A stretch of 45,061 bases of DNA from Candidatus Omnitrophota bacterium (GCA_043812495.1 JBDRMG010000022.1:1-45061), one strand, 5' to 3'; numbered from the stretch's first letter, positions 1 through 9,824 are shown. Notes: generated by a model not told the origin, from the letters alone. Numbers and translations are program-made.

Positions 1-1183
1 AAGAAAAAAGCTCCAAAGACCAAAAAAACTGTTAATTTGTAAGTGGAAACAAACAAAAAACAGGAGGTCATATGGAGCTAAAGCATTCTAACACTAAAAA
101 GAAGAAACACACACATTTAAAAGAATCCGAGCGGTACAAGATTGAGGTCCTATTGCAAGAGAAGAAAAAGCCAAAAGATATTGCAATTATTCTAGGGCGT
201 GGACGTTCAACAATATATAAAGAGATCAAAAGAGGAACTGTGGAACGATTGCAGTACGATTTAAGTAAAAAGAAACAATACAGAGCGGATGTGGCGCAAA
301 GAGATTATAAAGCAAAAGTTACTAGCAAAGAACATGAATTGAAGATTGGTAAAGACCGTCGACTAGAAGGATATATTCGTAAAAAGCTAATTGAAGACAA
401 ATTTTCTCCAGATGCTATTATTGGCAAGATTAAACTAGAAGGACTGGCCTTTGAAGGTATGATCTGCACAAAGACACTATATAATTACATTGATGCAGGA
501 ATATTCTCCGGAATCACTAACGAGACTCTCTGGGAGAAGCGGAAAAGGAAAAAGGGCAAACATAGACAAGTGCGTCGTATCAGCCTCACCAACAGAAAGG
601 GTAAAAGCATTGAACAAAGACCAAAAAAAGTGAATGATCGTATTGAATACGGCCATTGGGAAGGAGATTGTGTTAAGGGGCCTCAAGGAAGAACCACAAG
701 CTTATTTACACTTACGGAAAGAAAAAGCTTAGAACAAATGATAATAAAGATTGAACGAAGCACCCAGGAAGAAATTAAGATCGCAATTGATAATCTCGAG
801 AAGAACCTTGGCGACCAATTCAAACTGAAATTCAAATCAATCACTTTTGATAATGGAGTGGAATTCTTGGATTGGAAATCTTTGGAATTAAGCTCTCGAA
901 GTTCTCGAAAAAAAAGAACGACAATATACTATGCTCACGCTTACAGCGCTTGGGAACGCGGCTCAAATGAAGTTCAAAACAAAATGATCAGACGTTTTAT
1001 TCCTAAAGGCACTGATATTCATGATATCAGTGAGAATGAAATTAAGAAAATACAAGTTTGGATGAATAATTATCCTAGAAAAAAGTTAAATTATTGGACT
1101 GCCAATCAAATTGCTGAAAAATGCTTACAAATTAACAGAAAGACGAGGGCTTAATTTTGTCTCACTTTAGATTGCAATCCACC
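1..1183 (+). mobile_element. IS30-family insertion sequence (left end outside the window)
   Basis: Transposase followed by a putative right terminal repeat at 1158-1183 (reverse complement GGTGGATTGCAATCTAAAGTGAGACA), resembling IS30-family ends. More AT-rich than flanking genes. No matching left repeat in 1-71. Confidence 0.75.
72..1154 (+). CDS. IS30-family transposase
   Basis: N-terminal HTH (HLKESERYKIE...IAIILGRGRSTIYKEIKR). IS30 DDE motifs GHWEGD, SITFDNGVEF, AYSAWERGSNEVQNKMIRRFIPKG and NNYPRKKL. AGGAGG RBS. Confidence 0.93.
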   Translation: MELKHSNTKKKKHTHLKESERYKIEVLLQEKKKPKDIAIILGRGRSTIYKEIKRGTVERLQYDLSKKKQYRADVAQRDYKAKVTSKEHELKIGKDRRLEGYIRKKLIEDKFSPDAIIGKIKLEGLAFEGMICTKTLYNYIDAGIFSGITNETLWEKRKRKKGKHRQVRRISLTNRKGKSIEQRPKKVNDRIEYGHWEGDCVKGPQGRTTSLFTLTERKSLEQMIIKIERSTQEEIKIAIDNLEKNLGDQFKLKFKSITFDNGVEFLDWKSLELSSRSSRKKRTTIYYAHAYSAWERGSNEVQNKMIRRFIPKGTDIHDISENEIKKIQVWMNNYPRKKLNYWTANQIAEKCLQINRKTRA

Positions 1184-1198
1184 TATCATCAACGTCCC

Positions 1199-2110
1199 CT
1201 ACTTACCGGAGATCCCGCCGGCTACCTGCTTGAGCGGATTCCCTTTCATAAACTCAAGGAATATCGGTCCGCCGACTAAAACACCGACAACCGGAAAGAT
1301 GAACAGAAGCAGGGGGATAAGCATTTTCAAGGGGGCTTTGAGGGCAATTTGCTCACCGCGCCGGAAACGCGATAAACGCATATCTTCAGAAAGGATATTG
1401 AGGGCTTCGGCAACCGATGTTCCCATGCGGTCAGCCTGAATGAGGGTTCTGGCGAAGGTCGAAACATCGGGTAAATCATATTTCTTGGAAAAATCGCTCA
1501 AGGCATTTCGTCTTGATTTTCCGACATTGATTTCCTGCATAATCAAATTCAGCTCATCAATCAAGATTGTTTTCCTGGATTTTTCGATCACCCATTTGAG
1601 CGCCAGCATAAAATCCAAACCGGCATTGACGCACAAGCTCAGAAGATCAATCGTGTCGGGTAATTCCTTGATAACGGCATTCTTGATTTTCTTGATTTTT
1701 CCCTTGAGCCAATACTCGGGAGCCATGTATCCCAAAACAAAGGCTAGGACCACCCAGAAGAACATCATATCCGGATTGCTTTGAATACTGGGAAAGACTA
1801 GAAAAAGAATAATCGCGATCAGAATCTCCTTAATCAGCAGAAACTCTTCCGGCGCAAAATCCACCCTGCCGACAAGCAAATCCTTGGCCATACGCCGGCC
1901 CAGGAGGCCAGCGCAAATTGGCTTATTGATGAAAGAGATACCTTTGAGAATAATGAGCGGACTTTTCCTTTTTTTACGCGTTTGGATCTCGCTATCGAGA
2001 GGCTGCAGGCGGGGTCTTTGTTCGATATTGACCATCATGCCTAAAAGCATGCAGAAGCACAGCGTCGCGACGAAGACATTAGTTAAGGTGAGGATGAGTA
2101 GGGGGTCCAT
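1199..2110 (-). CDS. tadC: Tad inner-membrane platform protein TadC (T2SSF family)
   Basis: ELPDTIDLLSLCVNAGLDF, LIQADRMGTSVAEAL and KAPLKMLIPLLLFIFP. Directly downstream of tadB. Confidence 0.9.
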   Translation of the reverse strand: MDPLLILTLTNVFVATLCFCMLLGMMVNIEQRPRLQPLDSEIQTRKKRKSPLIILKGISFINKPICAGLLGRRMAKDLLVGRVDFAPEEFLLIKEILIAIILFLVFPSIQSNPDMMFFWVVLAFVLGYMAPEYWLKGKIKKIKNAVIKELPDTIDLLSLCVNAGLDFMLALKWVIEKSRKTILIDELNLIMQEINVGKSRRNALSDFSKKYDLPDVSTFARTLIQADRMGTSVAEALNILSEDMRLSRFRRGEQIALKAPLKMLIPLLLFIFPVVGVLVGGPIFLEFMKGNPLKQVAGGISGK

Positions 2111-2135
2111 ATTATCTCCAAATTATACTTGTGCC

Positions 2136-2208
2136 TGAGGGACGTTGATGATTCTATGACAGTTTATTAAAATTCTTAACAAAGTCATACTATCATCAAC
2201 GTCCCTCA
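2136..2208. repeat. 73-bp intergenic palindrome
   Basis: Perfect 17-bp IR tgagggacgttgatgat (2136-2152) / atcatcaacgtccctca (2192-2208), with further imperfect inner pairing. 16 bp of the right arm recurs at 1183-1198. Confidence 0.85.
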
Positions 2209-2211
2209 TTT

Positions 2212-3072
2212 CTAAAATTCTTTAAATGAACTAATTTTCCATATCAAAAACGCGCCGATGAGCTCGGAAGTGATCGCGTAAATCAACAGCATTCTGCCCA
2301 GCTCATCGGTCAGCATAATCTGAAAAAAGTCCTTATTGGTTGAGGTCACGATAACAGCGAAGGCAATGGGCAAAAGCGTCATCACGGCGCCTTGAATTCT
2401 TCCCTGCAAAGTCAGGTTATCCAGGTTTTGTTTGATCTTTTTATTTTCCCTGATCGTCGCGACAATGCGCGAAAATATGGCCGGTAAATTCCCGCCGGTC
2501 TCGCGAGCCAAAAGAACCGCCGTAATCAATTGATACAAGGCGTTAGAGGGCATGCGCTCGTAGAGATGCGCGAAGGCTTCTTCTAAGGAAATTCCCATTT
2601 TGTTTTCGCCGAGCAGAACACCAAATTCCTGGTTGATGGGCTCGGGCATTTCTTCGGTGACGACCTCAATCGCCTGGATAATGCTCAAGCCTCCTTTAAG
2701 TGAACTGGACATGATCATCAGGGAATCTACCAGCTGATCATTGAATTTTTCCCACCGTTTGGACGTTATAATCTTGATATATATACCCGGCCCTATAAAG
2801 CCGAGGCAAGCGCCCGCCGCAACGCCTCCCAATCTTATCTCAGGAGGAAACAGCAAATAGCCGGCCACAGCCAAAGCAGGCGGCGCCAGGGTATAGATCA
2901 AAGCGATTTTGCTGATTTTCGCGCGGATAAAGATCTGGTCCATCTTATCGGCCAGGGCTTCGGAACGTTTTTCTTGAATCTGGGCGAATTTATCAGAAGC
3001 CGGAGGAAAAATCAGATAGGCCAAAAGCCCGGCCGAACCAAAAGACAACAGCATTATGAGTAGCCACATCAT
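2212..3072 (-). CDS. tadB: Tad inner-membrane platform protein TadB (T2SSF family)
   Basis: FNDQLVDSLMIMSSSLKGGLSI, PEPINQEF, RETGGNL and TLQGRIQGAVMTLLP. Confidence 0.9.
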   Translation of the reverse strand: MMWLLIMLLSFGSAGLLAYLIFPPASDKFAQIQEKRSEALADKMDQIFIRAKISKIALIYTLAPPALAVAGYLLFPPEIRLGGVAAGACLGFIGPGIYIKIITSKRWEKFNDQLVDSLMIMSSSLKGGLSIIQAIEVVTEEMPEPINQEFGVLLGENKMGISLEEAFAHLYERMPSNALYQLITAVLLARETGGNLPAIFSRIVATIRENKKIKQNLDNLTLQGRIQGAVMTLLPIAFAVIVTSTNKDFFQIMLTDELGRMLLIYAITSELIGAFLIWKISSFKEF

Positions 3073-3117
3073 TTTATGAGGTTAACGATTTCGAGTCTGC
3101 TCGGTTCAATTCAGGAT

Positions 3118-3612
3118 TTACTGACAAAATCCGCCGCTGCACGGGCCAAGGGCCGCAGCCGTCAAGCAGCTTTTCTTGCATTCTTTTATACAGCATTGGC
3201 GGCACCAGGTATAACATATGATATTGAAAGGACCGATATTTAAACAGCATCCGTGCCCCGGGCCAAAGCCGCATTTCCCTATTTCCAAACAGCTACCCCC
3301 TGTTCCATCAATATCGCATTCATCAACACAGCTATCAAAATTATCCTCGATAAACTCCTCACTGCATTCGAGCTCATACCAGCCTTTACCCGAATCAACT
3401 TCATTGGCCTCCTCGGACCACAGGCATTCGGTTGTATTCTCCGGATCGTATTGTTTGCCGCCGCCAAAGGCGTCGCCGGTATCTTTCCACCGGCCGGCAA
3501 ATCCCCGCACGATATGCTTCTGCATCAAGAACAGACTGCCCAGAATAACGAGGATAAGCAGGGTATATTCCAGCGTGGAAACGGCTTTGGTCTTTTTAAT
3601 TTTCCTCATCAT
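3118..3612 (-). CDS. Minor pilin-like protein with Cys-rich C-terminus
   Basis: Basic leader followed by KAVSTLEY and a hydrophobic helix. RGFAGRWKDTGD...QYDP motif shared with paralogs. Many Cys in the C-terminal half. Confidence 0.8.
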   Translation of the reverse strand: MMRKIKKTKAVSTLEYTLLILVILGSLFLMQKHIVRGFAGRWKDTGDAFGGGKQYDPENTTECLWSEEANEVDSGKGWYELECSEEFIEDNFDSCVDECDIDGTGGSCLEIGKCGFGPGHGCCLNIGPFNIICYTWCRQCCIKECKKSCLTAAALGPCSGGFCQ

Positions 3613-3675
3613 TATTGTAATCTATTTTCAGTGTCTCTTGTTTATTTTCTTTTTGATTTTTCTCCCTGGCTGATA

Positions 3676-6600
3676 TTAAGACGGATCGTCAAAAAGGCCG
3701 ACGCGGCAAAAAGGAAGATCGGCCGGAAAACACGGAACAAATTTAAAACTAAAATTGCGCCGGGTCCTGTCGTGGAAAAAGTATTCGGCGCAGCTGGTGC
3801 TCATCACGCCCCGGCGGAGTATTTTGTTGGCGGCTTCGTAACATCCCGGACTTGTTTCATAATCATAGACCATAAAAGCTCCTTCCCCGAGCGAATCGCA
3901 TTGACTTTCGAGCTCGCTGATGCTGCCTGTCGGAGACGCGGAAGGATGCCTGAACATAAACCGCCACAGGCGGATATTATTGGCAAAGCGCGCGACAATG
4001 TCTTTCTCTTCGTCATAGCGGATGACGCGCGCGCCTACGGCCCCGCCGCGAAAACACCAAATGTCATCATCGTATTTGTCTTTTTCATCGCAGTGAGTAT
4101 TGGGCTCTCCTGTTCCGAATGTATCCAGGCTGTCCACTAGAGCATAGCATCGTCTCGTTTTCGAGTTTTTTGTCCATGTCTTCACCCAGGGCCAATGGGG
4201 CTCTCGAAACATGCCCCAGCTGCTGTCTCCTTTGCATCGGGTGCACTTTCCGCCGCAGCGGCCCGGCGCCCTTGAGTCCGCGCGTACCACATGCCACCTG
4301 TCCCCATCGTCTTTCCAGCCGTAGATGGCAAAATTCGGCAAGTTATTGCTTATATCGAATTCATTCAATCGATCTTTAATAGCCCTGATATCATTAGCGG
4401 CGCTGCCGTTCAATAAGTTGTCAAACTCCTGAACGGCGCCGAAAAGGTAATTCAGAAGAGAATCGGCTTGCGCGCGAAAACCGCCTGGGCCGCCCGTCTT
4501 GTTATAACGCGTCAAATAAATAAATAAATTTCTCTTTGCTTCTCTGATTTGTTCCTCGATGATGGGCTTGCCGTTTATAAGATTCCACTCTGCCTGAACA
4601 AGGGCGGCTTCGGCTTGGTCAAGAAGCCCGCCGGGCTTTATGATGTTATCATAATTCGTATAGGCGCTGCTGCGTTCTGAAGTGAGCCAGTTCGTAAACA
4701 GATTGGTTTCTCTGTCAGAGCCACAGAAATATTCTACAAGGCTGTCATGATTATTATGATAACCATAACCGCAAGCTGGCGGAGGGTTTGGATCTGCCGA
4801 TGGCCTAAAACAAGGCCACCAACAATTGCCCGGGCCGGGACAATAGGGAGTAGACCCTGCCAGTATTTCTGTTCGTCCGTTTCTCCAGCACCAGCGATGC
4901 ATCCAAAGAGTCGTGTATGTGTTATAACAATTTTCGGGGACAGCGCAAGGCGCGCTGACAGGAGCGCCGTATGTGTCGCTATAAAAATTTTGAATACAGT
5001 TCGGGCATATTTCTGTGGAGGGATCTTGACATCGATTCCAATTTGCATAGCGGCTATAATCACCTGCGCAAACAGGCCAACCCGGCCCTGACCCGCAATT
5101 GGCATATGCGTCTGAACAGTTTTCACAATCAAATCGGCTGGGAAAAGTCCCGCAACAGTTAAGACAATCCGGATCGGCAGAAAGGTCATAATCTAGAGTA
5201 TTTTCGCAAGTTGTAAGACAATTCTCATATTTATGCCAGCAAAAATATGCATTACCCCAAAATCCTGCTCCGTAAGGACAAGTATGTATCGGACAGCTGC
5301 TCGCTGTTTCGCATGGCTGAATATCGTCTTTGTATTGATCCACGAGGGCCTGCGCGTCAACCACGGCCTGCTCAAGATTGGCAAGGTCCTGTTCTAATTG
5401 CGTAACTCTATTTTCCCACCAAATATATTTGTCCCAAAGGCATTGAATCACACCGTTTAAATTAAGCGCGGCGCTTCCCTGCGGGCAATGGGCCCCAGCG
5501 CCCGTGAAGTTTGTATTAAAGCGCCAGGTGTTGATGGTCTCACTCCATTGGTCTATTTCTTTTCTGAATTTACTGAGCCTGCCGGCTGGCTCCTCGTCAA
5601 GCTTGCGCATATTCTCCTCAAAGGTGGAATACCAAATCATGAATTTACGCGCGATCGCGTGAGGGTCCTCTCGCATGACGCCGATCGCCCAAGCAATAAA
5701 TTCGGACATGTTATAGCGCACCTCGTCAACGCTGTCGTCATGCCAGTACGCGGGAATCGAGCGCTCGGGCGGTTCATAATCGTCGTTGTCTTCGTCCTGG
5801 TCCGCGGGCGGCGCGGGCGGTTCAGGCAAAGCTTCGCAGATATATTCCTTTAGGCAATCTCCCGTGCCCGCGCTGCAGGGATCGGGACAGGTTGCCGGGC
5901 AGTCGCGACCGGGGCATTCATCGTTATAGGGAAAAACGCGGGAGCAAAACCTGTCCGCGCCGGGCTTCCACCAAGGTTTGCTCGTCGTCGAATGGTCGTA
6001 ACATTGGGTCTCTTCGTCCATCTTGACGTCGACGAAATTTCTTATGTAATCAATTCTGTAAAGCGGGCCGGCGGCTGTTTCCCGGAATTGGTGAGGAATG
6101 CACCAATTATACGGCGATCCGTCGGCACCGGCTGCGGCCCAATTGACATCTGGATTATCCGGACAAAAACCAGCGCCGTCGTCGCACCAGAAACAGGCTC
6201 CCGGGTGATTCGGGTCCACATAACCGCTGTAATCCATATCCACATAATAATCAAAATTCCACAGCGAACGGTAAAGGCTGTCATCCTCGGAATCCTCTCT
6301 GATAAACTGAGGATCGGGCGCGGGCGGCGGTTCAAACATGTTTTCGTCATCGCGGCCTATCTGTTCCAAAAACGAACGAAAGCCGTTTTCCGGATTTTGA
6401 TACAGAGGGTCATAGATATACGGCCAGTCCGTGGCCGGACACGTTGTCGCGGTCCCGCAGCTGTCCGACGCGGCATCGCAGCATTCCGGACGCAAAGGAA
6501 ACCGCGCGTCATAATCCGGATCGCCTTCGTCCGACGGCGGCTGACAGCAATGATTGCACTGCGGCGGAGGGTCGCTGCCGCAGCACGGATGGGCCGGGGC

Positions 6601-7473
6601 AAAATCACAGAAATTTTCCTCGGCCTCTTCGTTTCTGATCATGGGGCCGCTGGGATCACTTAGGTCGATTTTCCAAATAGGACAAACCGGCGCCCGGTGG
6701 TTGGAGTCGGCCGGGTCAATCAGGCCCCAGTCATCCTCGCCCTGGTAAACAAATTCGCACAAGGCGTTTTGAAATCTTTTGATGATCTCCTCATCGATTT
6801 CTCCCCTCTCGACAAGGGCCTCCAGGCGTTGAAAATTATAGTATTGAAACCTTCCGACTTTATCCTGATCGCCGAATCGTCCGTCCAGATCAAGATCTTG
6901 ATAATCGATGAGTTTTGCCGTGTCGTTGACGGCAAATTGCAGGCTCATCATCAGGCCCTGTTCCGCCACCTTGTTTTCCAAGGACAAATTTTCCCATTGC
7001 TTCTCCCACGCTTCCGTAATAGCCGGCTCGGTAAAAAACATTCGAATAAGCCCTCCCCCGATTCTCATAATGATTCCGGCAAGAAACGCAAAAGAGGCTA
7101 AAGTTCCGGCCGGTCCCAAGAAATACGTTAGCACGGCAACAACAATGATGGCAAAAAGGATTTTGGCTACTCCGGACCAGCCGCAAATCGTCAGGTCATC
7201 ATCGCATTCGCTTTCTCCGTTCATGACGGTTTGATACACATTCTCCGCATAACTCGCCATAAAAGAGCCCATGATGGCCGCGCCCTGATTGGCCGCGATC
7301 ATGGTCAGCGTTTTATTTTGAGCCACCTGGCCAAGATTATAGGTAATAGCCAAGAAGACAAGGAGAATGGCGATAACGACCACGATGACAATGGCAATCT
7401 GGCCGCGTTTTTTAAGCGAAAAACTCTTAATGAGCGCCGGACGTCTGAGGATATGATTGAGAAATTTGAACAC
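3676..7473 (-). CDS. Large TadG-like Cys-rich pilus-associated adhesin (1265 aa)
   Basis: KKRGQIAIVIVVVIAILLVFLAITYNLGQ...AANQGA is a Tad-domain N-terminus. Second hydrophobic segment, DLDLDG motif, Cys/Pro-rich regions and coiled-coil-like segments. Confidence 0.75.
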   Translation of the reverse strand: MFKFLNHILRRPALIKSFSLKKRGQIAIVIVVVIAILLVFLAITYNLGQVAQNKTLTMIAANQGAAIMGSFMASYAENVYQTVMNGESECDDDLTICGWSGVAKILFAIIVVAVLTYFLGPAGTLASFAFLAGIIMRIGGGLIRMFFTEPAITEAWEKQWENLSLENKVAEQGLMMSLQFAVNDTAKLIDYQDLDLDGRFGDQDKVGRFQYYNFQRLEALVERGEIDEEIIKRFQNALCEFVYQGEDDWGLIDPADSNHRAPVCPIWKIDLSDPSGPMIRNEEAEENFCDFAPAHPCCGSDPPPQCNHCCQPPSDEGDPDYDARFPLRPECCDAASDSCGTATTCPATDWPYIYDPLYQNPENGFRSFLEQIGRDDENMFEPPPAPDPQFIREDSEDDSLYRSLWNFDYYVDMDYSGYVDPNHPGACFWCDDGAGFCPDNPDVNWAAAGADGSPYNWCIPHQFRETAAGPLYRIDYIRNFVDVKMDEETQCYDHSTTSKPWWKPGADRFCSRVFPYNDECPGRDCPATCPDPCSAGTGDCLKEYICEALPEPPAPPADQDEDNDDYEPPERSIPAYWHDDSVDEVRYNMSEFIAWAIGVMREDPHAIARKFMIWYSTFEENMRKLDEEPAGRLSKFRKEIDQWSETINTWRFNTNFTGAGAHCPQGSAALNLNGVIQCLWDKYIWWENRVTQLEQDLANLEQAVVDAQALVDQYKDDIQPCETASSCPIHTCPYGAGFWGNAYFCWHKYENCLTTCENTLDYDLSADPDCLNCCGTFPSRFDCENCSDAYANCGSGPGWPVCAGDYSRYANWNRCQDPSTEICPNCIQNFYSDTYGAPVSAPCAVPENCYNTYTTLWMHRWCWRNGRTEILAGSTPYCPGPGNCWWPCFRPSADPNPPPACGYGYHNNHDSLVEYFCGSDRETNLFTNWLTSERSSAYTNYDNIIKPGGLLDQAEAALVQAEWNLINGKPIIEEQIREAKRNLFIYLTRYNKTGGPGGFRAQADSLLNYLFGAVQEFDNLLNGSAANDIRAIKDRLNEFDISNNLPNFAIYGWKDDGDRWHVVRADSRAPGRCGGKCTRCKGDSSWGMFREPHWPWVKTWTKNSKTRRCYALVDSLDTFGTGEPNTHCDEKDKYDDDIWCFRGGAVGARVIRYDEEKDIVARFANNIRLWRFMFRHPSASPTGSISELESQCDSLGEGAFMVYDYETSPGCYEAANKILRRGVMSTSCAEYFFHDRTRRNFSFKFVPCFPADLPFCRVGLFDDPS

Positions 7474-7502
7474 GTTCTTTGGCTCCTTACGAGAATCGGA
7501 TC

Positions 7503-7763
7503 TTACTCACCAAAAACAAAATGAAAATCCGAAGGATGATAAAAATTCGGGTCCACCTGCTTGATGGGGCTATCGGGTTTGGTTTTCCAGTATTCATCAA
7601 CATCCTGCGTCATCGACTCCTGGTGCTGCTCGGTCCTCTCGGCTAAACCAAGCCCCACCCATCGGAAAACCATGAGACAGCCATAGATGATGAGAAGCAG
7701 GACCACAAAACAAAAGGTAAATTCGATGGTGACTTGGGCGGGTTGTCGGTTTTTGAATTTCAT
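7503..7763 (-). CDS. TadE-like pseudopilin
   Basis: MKFKNRQPAQVTIEFTFCFVVLLLIIYG (AQ-x-x-x-EF plus hydrophobic helix). Start moved to the ATG at 7763. Confidence 0.75.
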   Translation of the reverse strand: MKFKNRQPAQVTIEFTFCFVVLLLIIYGCLMVFRWVGLGLAERTEQHQESMTQDVDEYWKTKPDSPIKQVDPNFYHPSDFHFVFGE

Positions 7764-7791
7764 ATATTTAAATCCTATAATCTTGAGAATC

Positions 7792-8273
7792 AAATTCTAA
7801 TCTCGAAATACGAAATTCGAAACAAATTCGAATGTACAAATGTTCGAATGTTCAAAACTACGTGTTTTTCTTTAAAATGGCTCCGAATATATTCATTAAT
7901 TCGGTTGATTCTTGAATCAAAGGACTTGCTTCCTTCTCGCAAGTTGAATTGGCAGATACGATTAGCCTTAGCCAATACCGAGATTCTTTGGATTCTTTAC
8001 GACAAATCTTAATTCTATGGAAAAAATCCTTTTTACTAAGAGCTTCATTTGCTTCAATATAATTTGCACCAACAGAACCGGAGGCGCTGACAACTTGCTC
8101 AATTAACTCAAAATTAATCGTATTTTGGGCTAATTTTTTGCATAGCTGGATAACGTTCTTTGCATATTTTTCTGTTCTTTCTTCTAGGTCGTATTCTTTG
8201 GTCATATGTTTCGATCATTTGAATTTTGAAAATTCGTATTTGTTTCGTGCTTCGATATTCGCATTTCGAATTT
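7792..8273. repeat. Imperfect ~66-bp inverted repeats of ~7-nt CGAAAT-like units flanking the four helix bundle gene
   Basis: 7792-7858 (aaattctaatctcgaaatacgaaattcgaaacaaattcgaatg...) aligns with the reverse complement of 8208-8273 (aaattcgaaatgcgaatatcgaagcacgaaacaaatacgaatt...). Confidence 0.85.
7858..8205 (-). CDS. Four helix bundle protein (23S rRNA intervening-sequence protein family)
   Basis: DLEERT...QVVSASGSVGANYIEANEALSKKDFFHRIKICRKESKESRYWLRL is the family signature. Confidence 0.9.
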   Translation of the reverse strand: MTKEYDLEERTEKYAKNVIQLCKKLAQNTINFELIEQVVSASGSVGANYIEANEALSKKDFFHRIKICRKESKESRYWLRLIVSANSTCEKEASPLIQESTELMNIFGAILKKNT

Positions 8274-8289
8274 AACTTTTTCTTTTATT

Positions 8290-9783
8290 TCACTTAATCA
8301 ACATCTCATCCCCGCTTGTGTCCGTGACCCATTTGACGCCTGTCTTGTCGGTTATTTTGCTTCGCACATAAAGCATTTTGCAGTTGCGGTCAAAACAGGT
8401 TTTCCATGTATTGTCCCCGTAACAGCAGGAAAGTTCGGGTGAGCAATCGGGATTGGCCGGCTTGGGATCCGGACAGCACACCTCGACATTGGGGTTGATG
8501 CCATCATCGCATATATTCCCCGTATCATTGCTCAGCTGAACTTTCCGTTCAATGATATCCACCCGGTCGCTTTTGCGCGCATGCCGGATGTATTGTTTGC
8601 CGGAAAAAAGCTTGTCTTCCTCGATGCGAAAATAGGTCCCCGGCTCATACTTAATGGTCCCGTCGTCAAGATGACGGTAGCGCTCGCCTTTGGTCAACCC
8701 ATACAGGGTCATTCCCTGCTTCATCCCGGGAGACGGTTCGCCTTTCATTTCATTGTGATATTTGTATGTTAAATTTATGTCTCCGTTTTGCCGATCGATG
8801 TACCTAATTGCCTCGATCCGCGCACCGGCAATCCAAATATCTAAACATACCATTGGGCTACAATTAGCTTCATTTTCTTCTTCTTCGTAGAGGCTCTTTT
8901 TGATATCGGTTTCGTCAAATGTCCATATGATCTGCTCTTCTTCCAGGTCGCAGTCAATATCCACGGACAGGTTGTCGCCATTCTCGAATTCCACGTATCG
9001 GGTTGTCATGCGTACGGGAAGCCATTGCCAGGCAAATATTCCCTGAAGATCAACGGGGACATCGGGACCGTTTCCGTCGCGGTCTAAATCAAACCTGTCC
9101 GCGAGGCTCCCCATTTTATCCGCTTCGGCGGGACAGTCATTCGTCCCGGGGATCGTCGGCCCCACGGGTGAGCAAAATTTCTTATCGTCTCTGATTAATT
9201 TCTTATAAGCGACAAGGCACGGTAGGCCGCGGACACAGGGGTCGAGGATGCGGACATTCTTTACTTCCTGGCACGCGTTATAATAATCGGGATTATTCCA
9301 ATACGTGGGGTGGCTGGTATCATCCACATTAAAAATCCATAGCTCATCAAAGGCCGCGGTTGTAAATTCAAAATGCCGGCCGTTGATGAAAACGTCAAAG
9401 CGGGGAAGATTCTGGCTCGAGTAACGATGGTCGGGGTCGTATTTCATGTTCATAAACAAATTTCGGGTGAAAGATCCCGCCGAGCCGATGGCGTAGGGAA
9501 CGCGCCTTAAGCTTCCGTATTTATCACTGCCGCTTTCCACATCCTTGCGGTCCTCGATCATCAGAATGCTGGCCATATTGCGTCCCGCTGCTTGCGTTTC
9601 CGATGATGCATAAGACGCTTTAAAGGCCAGGCGCATGGCTTTCAGGGCCTGATTATTCGCGTAATTGTAGCTCATGGCCGAACGCACAATGCTGCCCAAG
9701 ACAAAAATAAGGATGCTGCCGAAAATGGCCAGTTCTGTGGCGGTTTGAGCTCGTCTTTTTCTCAATTTTTGCATAGGCCTCAT
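8290..9783 (-). CDS. TadE-like/prepilin-like protein with large Cys-containing extracellular domain
   Basis: RKRRAQTATELAIFGSILIFVLGSIV. DLDRDGNG motif and Cys clusters. Confidence 0.72.
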   Translation of the reverse strand: MRPMQKLRKRRAQTATELAIFGSILIFVLGSIVRSAMSYNYANNQALKAMRLAFKASYASSETQAAGRNMASILMIEDRKDVESGSDKYGSLRRVPYAIGSAGSFTRNLFMNMKYDPDHRYSSQNLPRFDVFINGRHFEFTTAAFDELWIFNVDDTSHPTYWNNPDYYNACQEVKNVRILDPCVRGLPCLVAYKKLIRDDKKFCSPVGPTIPGTNDCPAEADKMGSLADRFDLDRDGNGPDVPVDLQGIFAWQWLPVRMTTRYVEFENGDNLSVDIDCDLEEEQIIWTFDETDIKKSLYEEEENEANCSPMVCLDIWIAGARIEAIRYIDRQNGDINLTYKYHNEMKGEPSPGMKQGMTLYGLTKGERYRHLDDGTIKYEPGTYFRIEEDKLFSGKQYIRHARKSDRVDIIERKVQLSNDTGNICDDGINPNVEVCCPDPKPANPDCSPELSCCYGDNTWKTCFDRNCKMLYVRSKITDKTGVKWVTDTSGDEMLIK

Positions 9784-9824
9784 GATTCGATCTTTCCATC
9801 AATCCTTCAATGATCTTTCCGGCA

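Noticed and set aside
3253..4140. 295-aa plus-strand ORF and other long antisense ORFs (e.g. 5992-6663, 10403-10993, 29960-30640)
   Set aside because: They are shadows of well-supported minus-strand genes and have no recognisable motifs.
7734..8012. Small ORFs across the repeat arms (7734-8012, 7790-7975, 16637-16822, 19355-19543, 43264-43494)
   Set aside because: They are translations of repeat or palindrome sequence, or overlap real genes.
7792..8273. Periodic repeats as a CRISPR array, or the four-helix-bundle gene as part of a DGR
   Set aside because: Units are ~7 nt with no spacers. No cas genes, reverse transcriptase or template/variable repeat pair were seen in the window.
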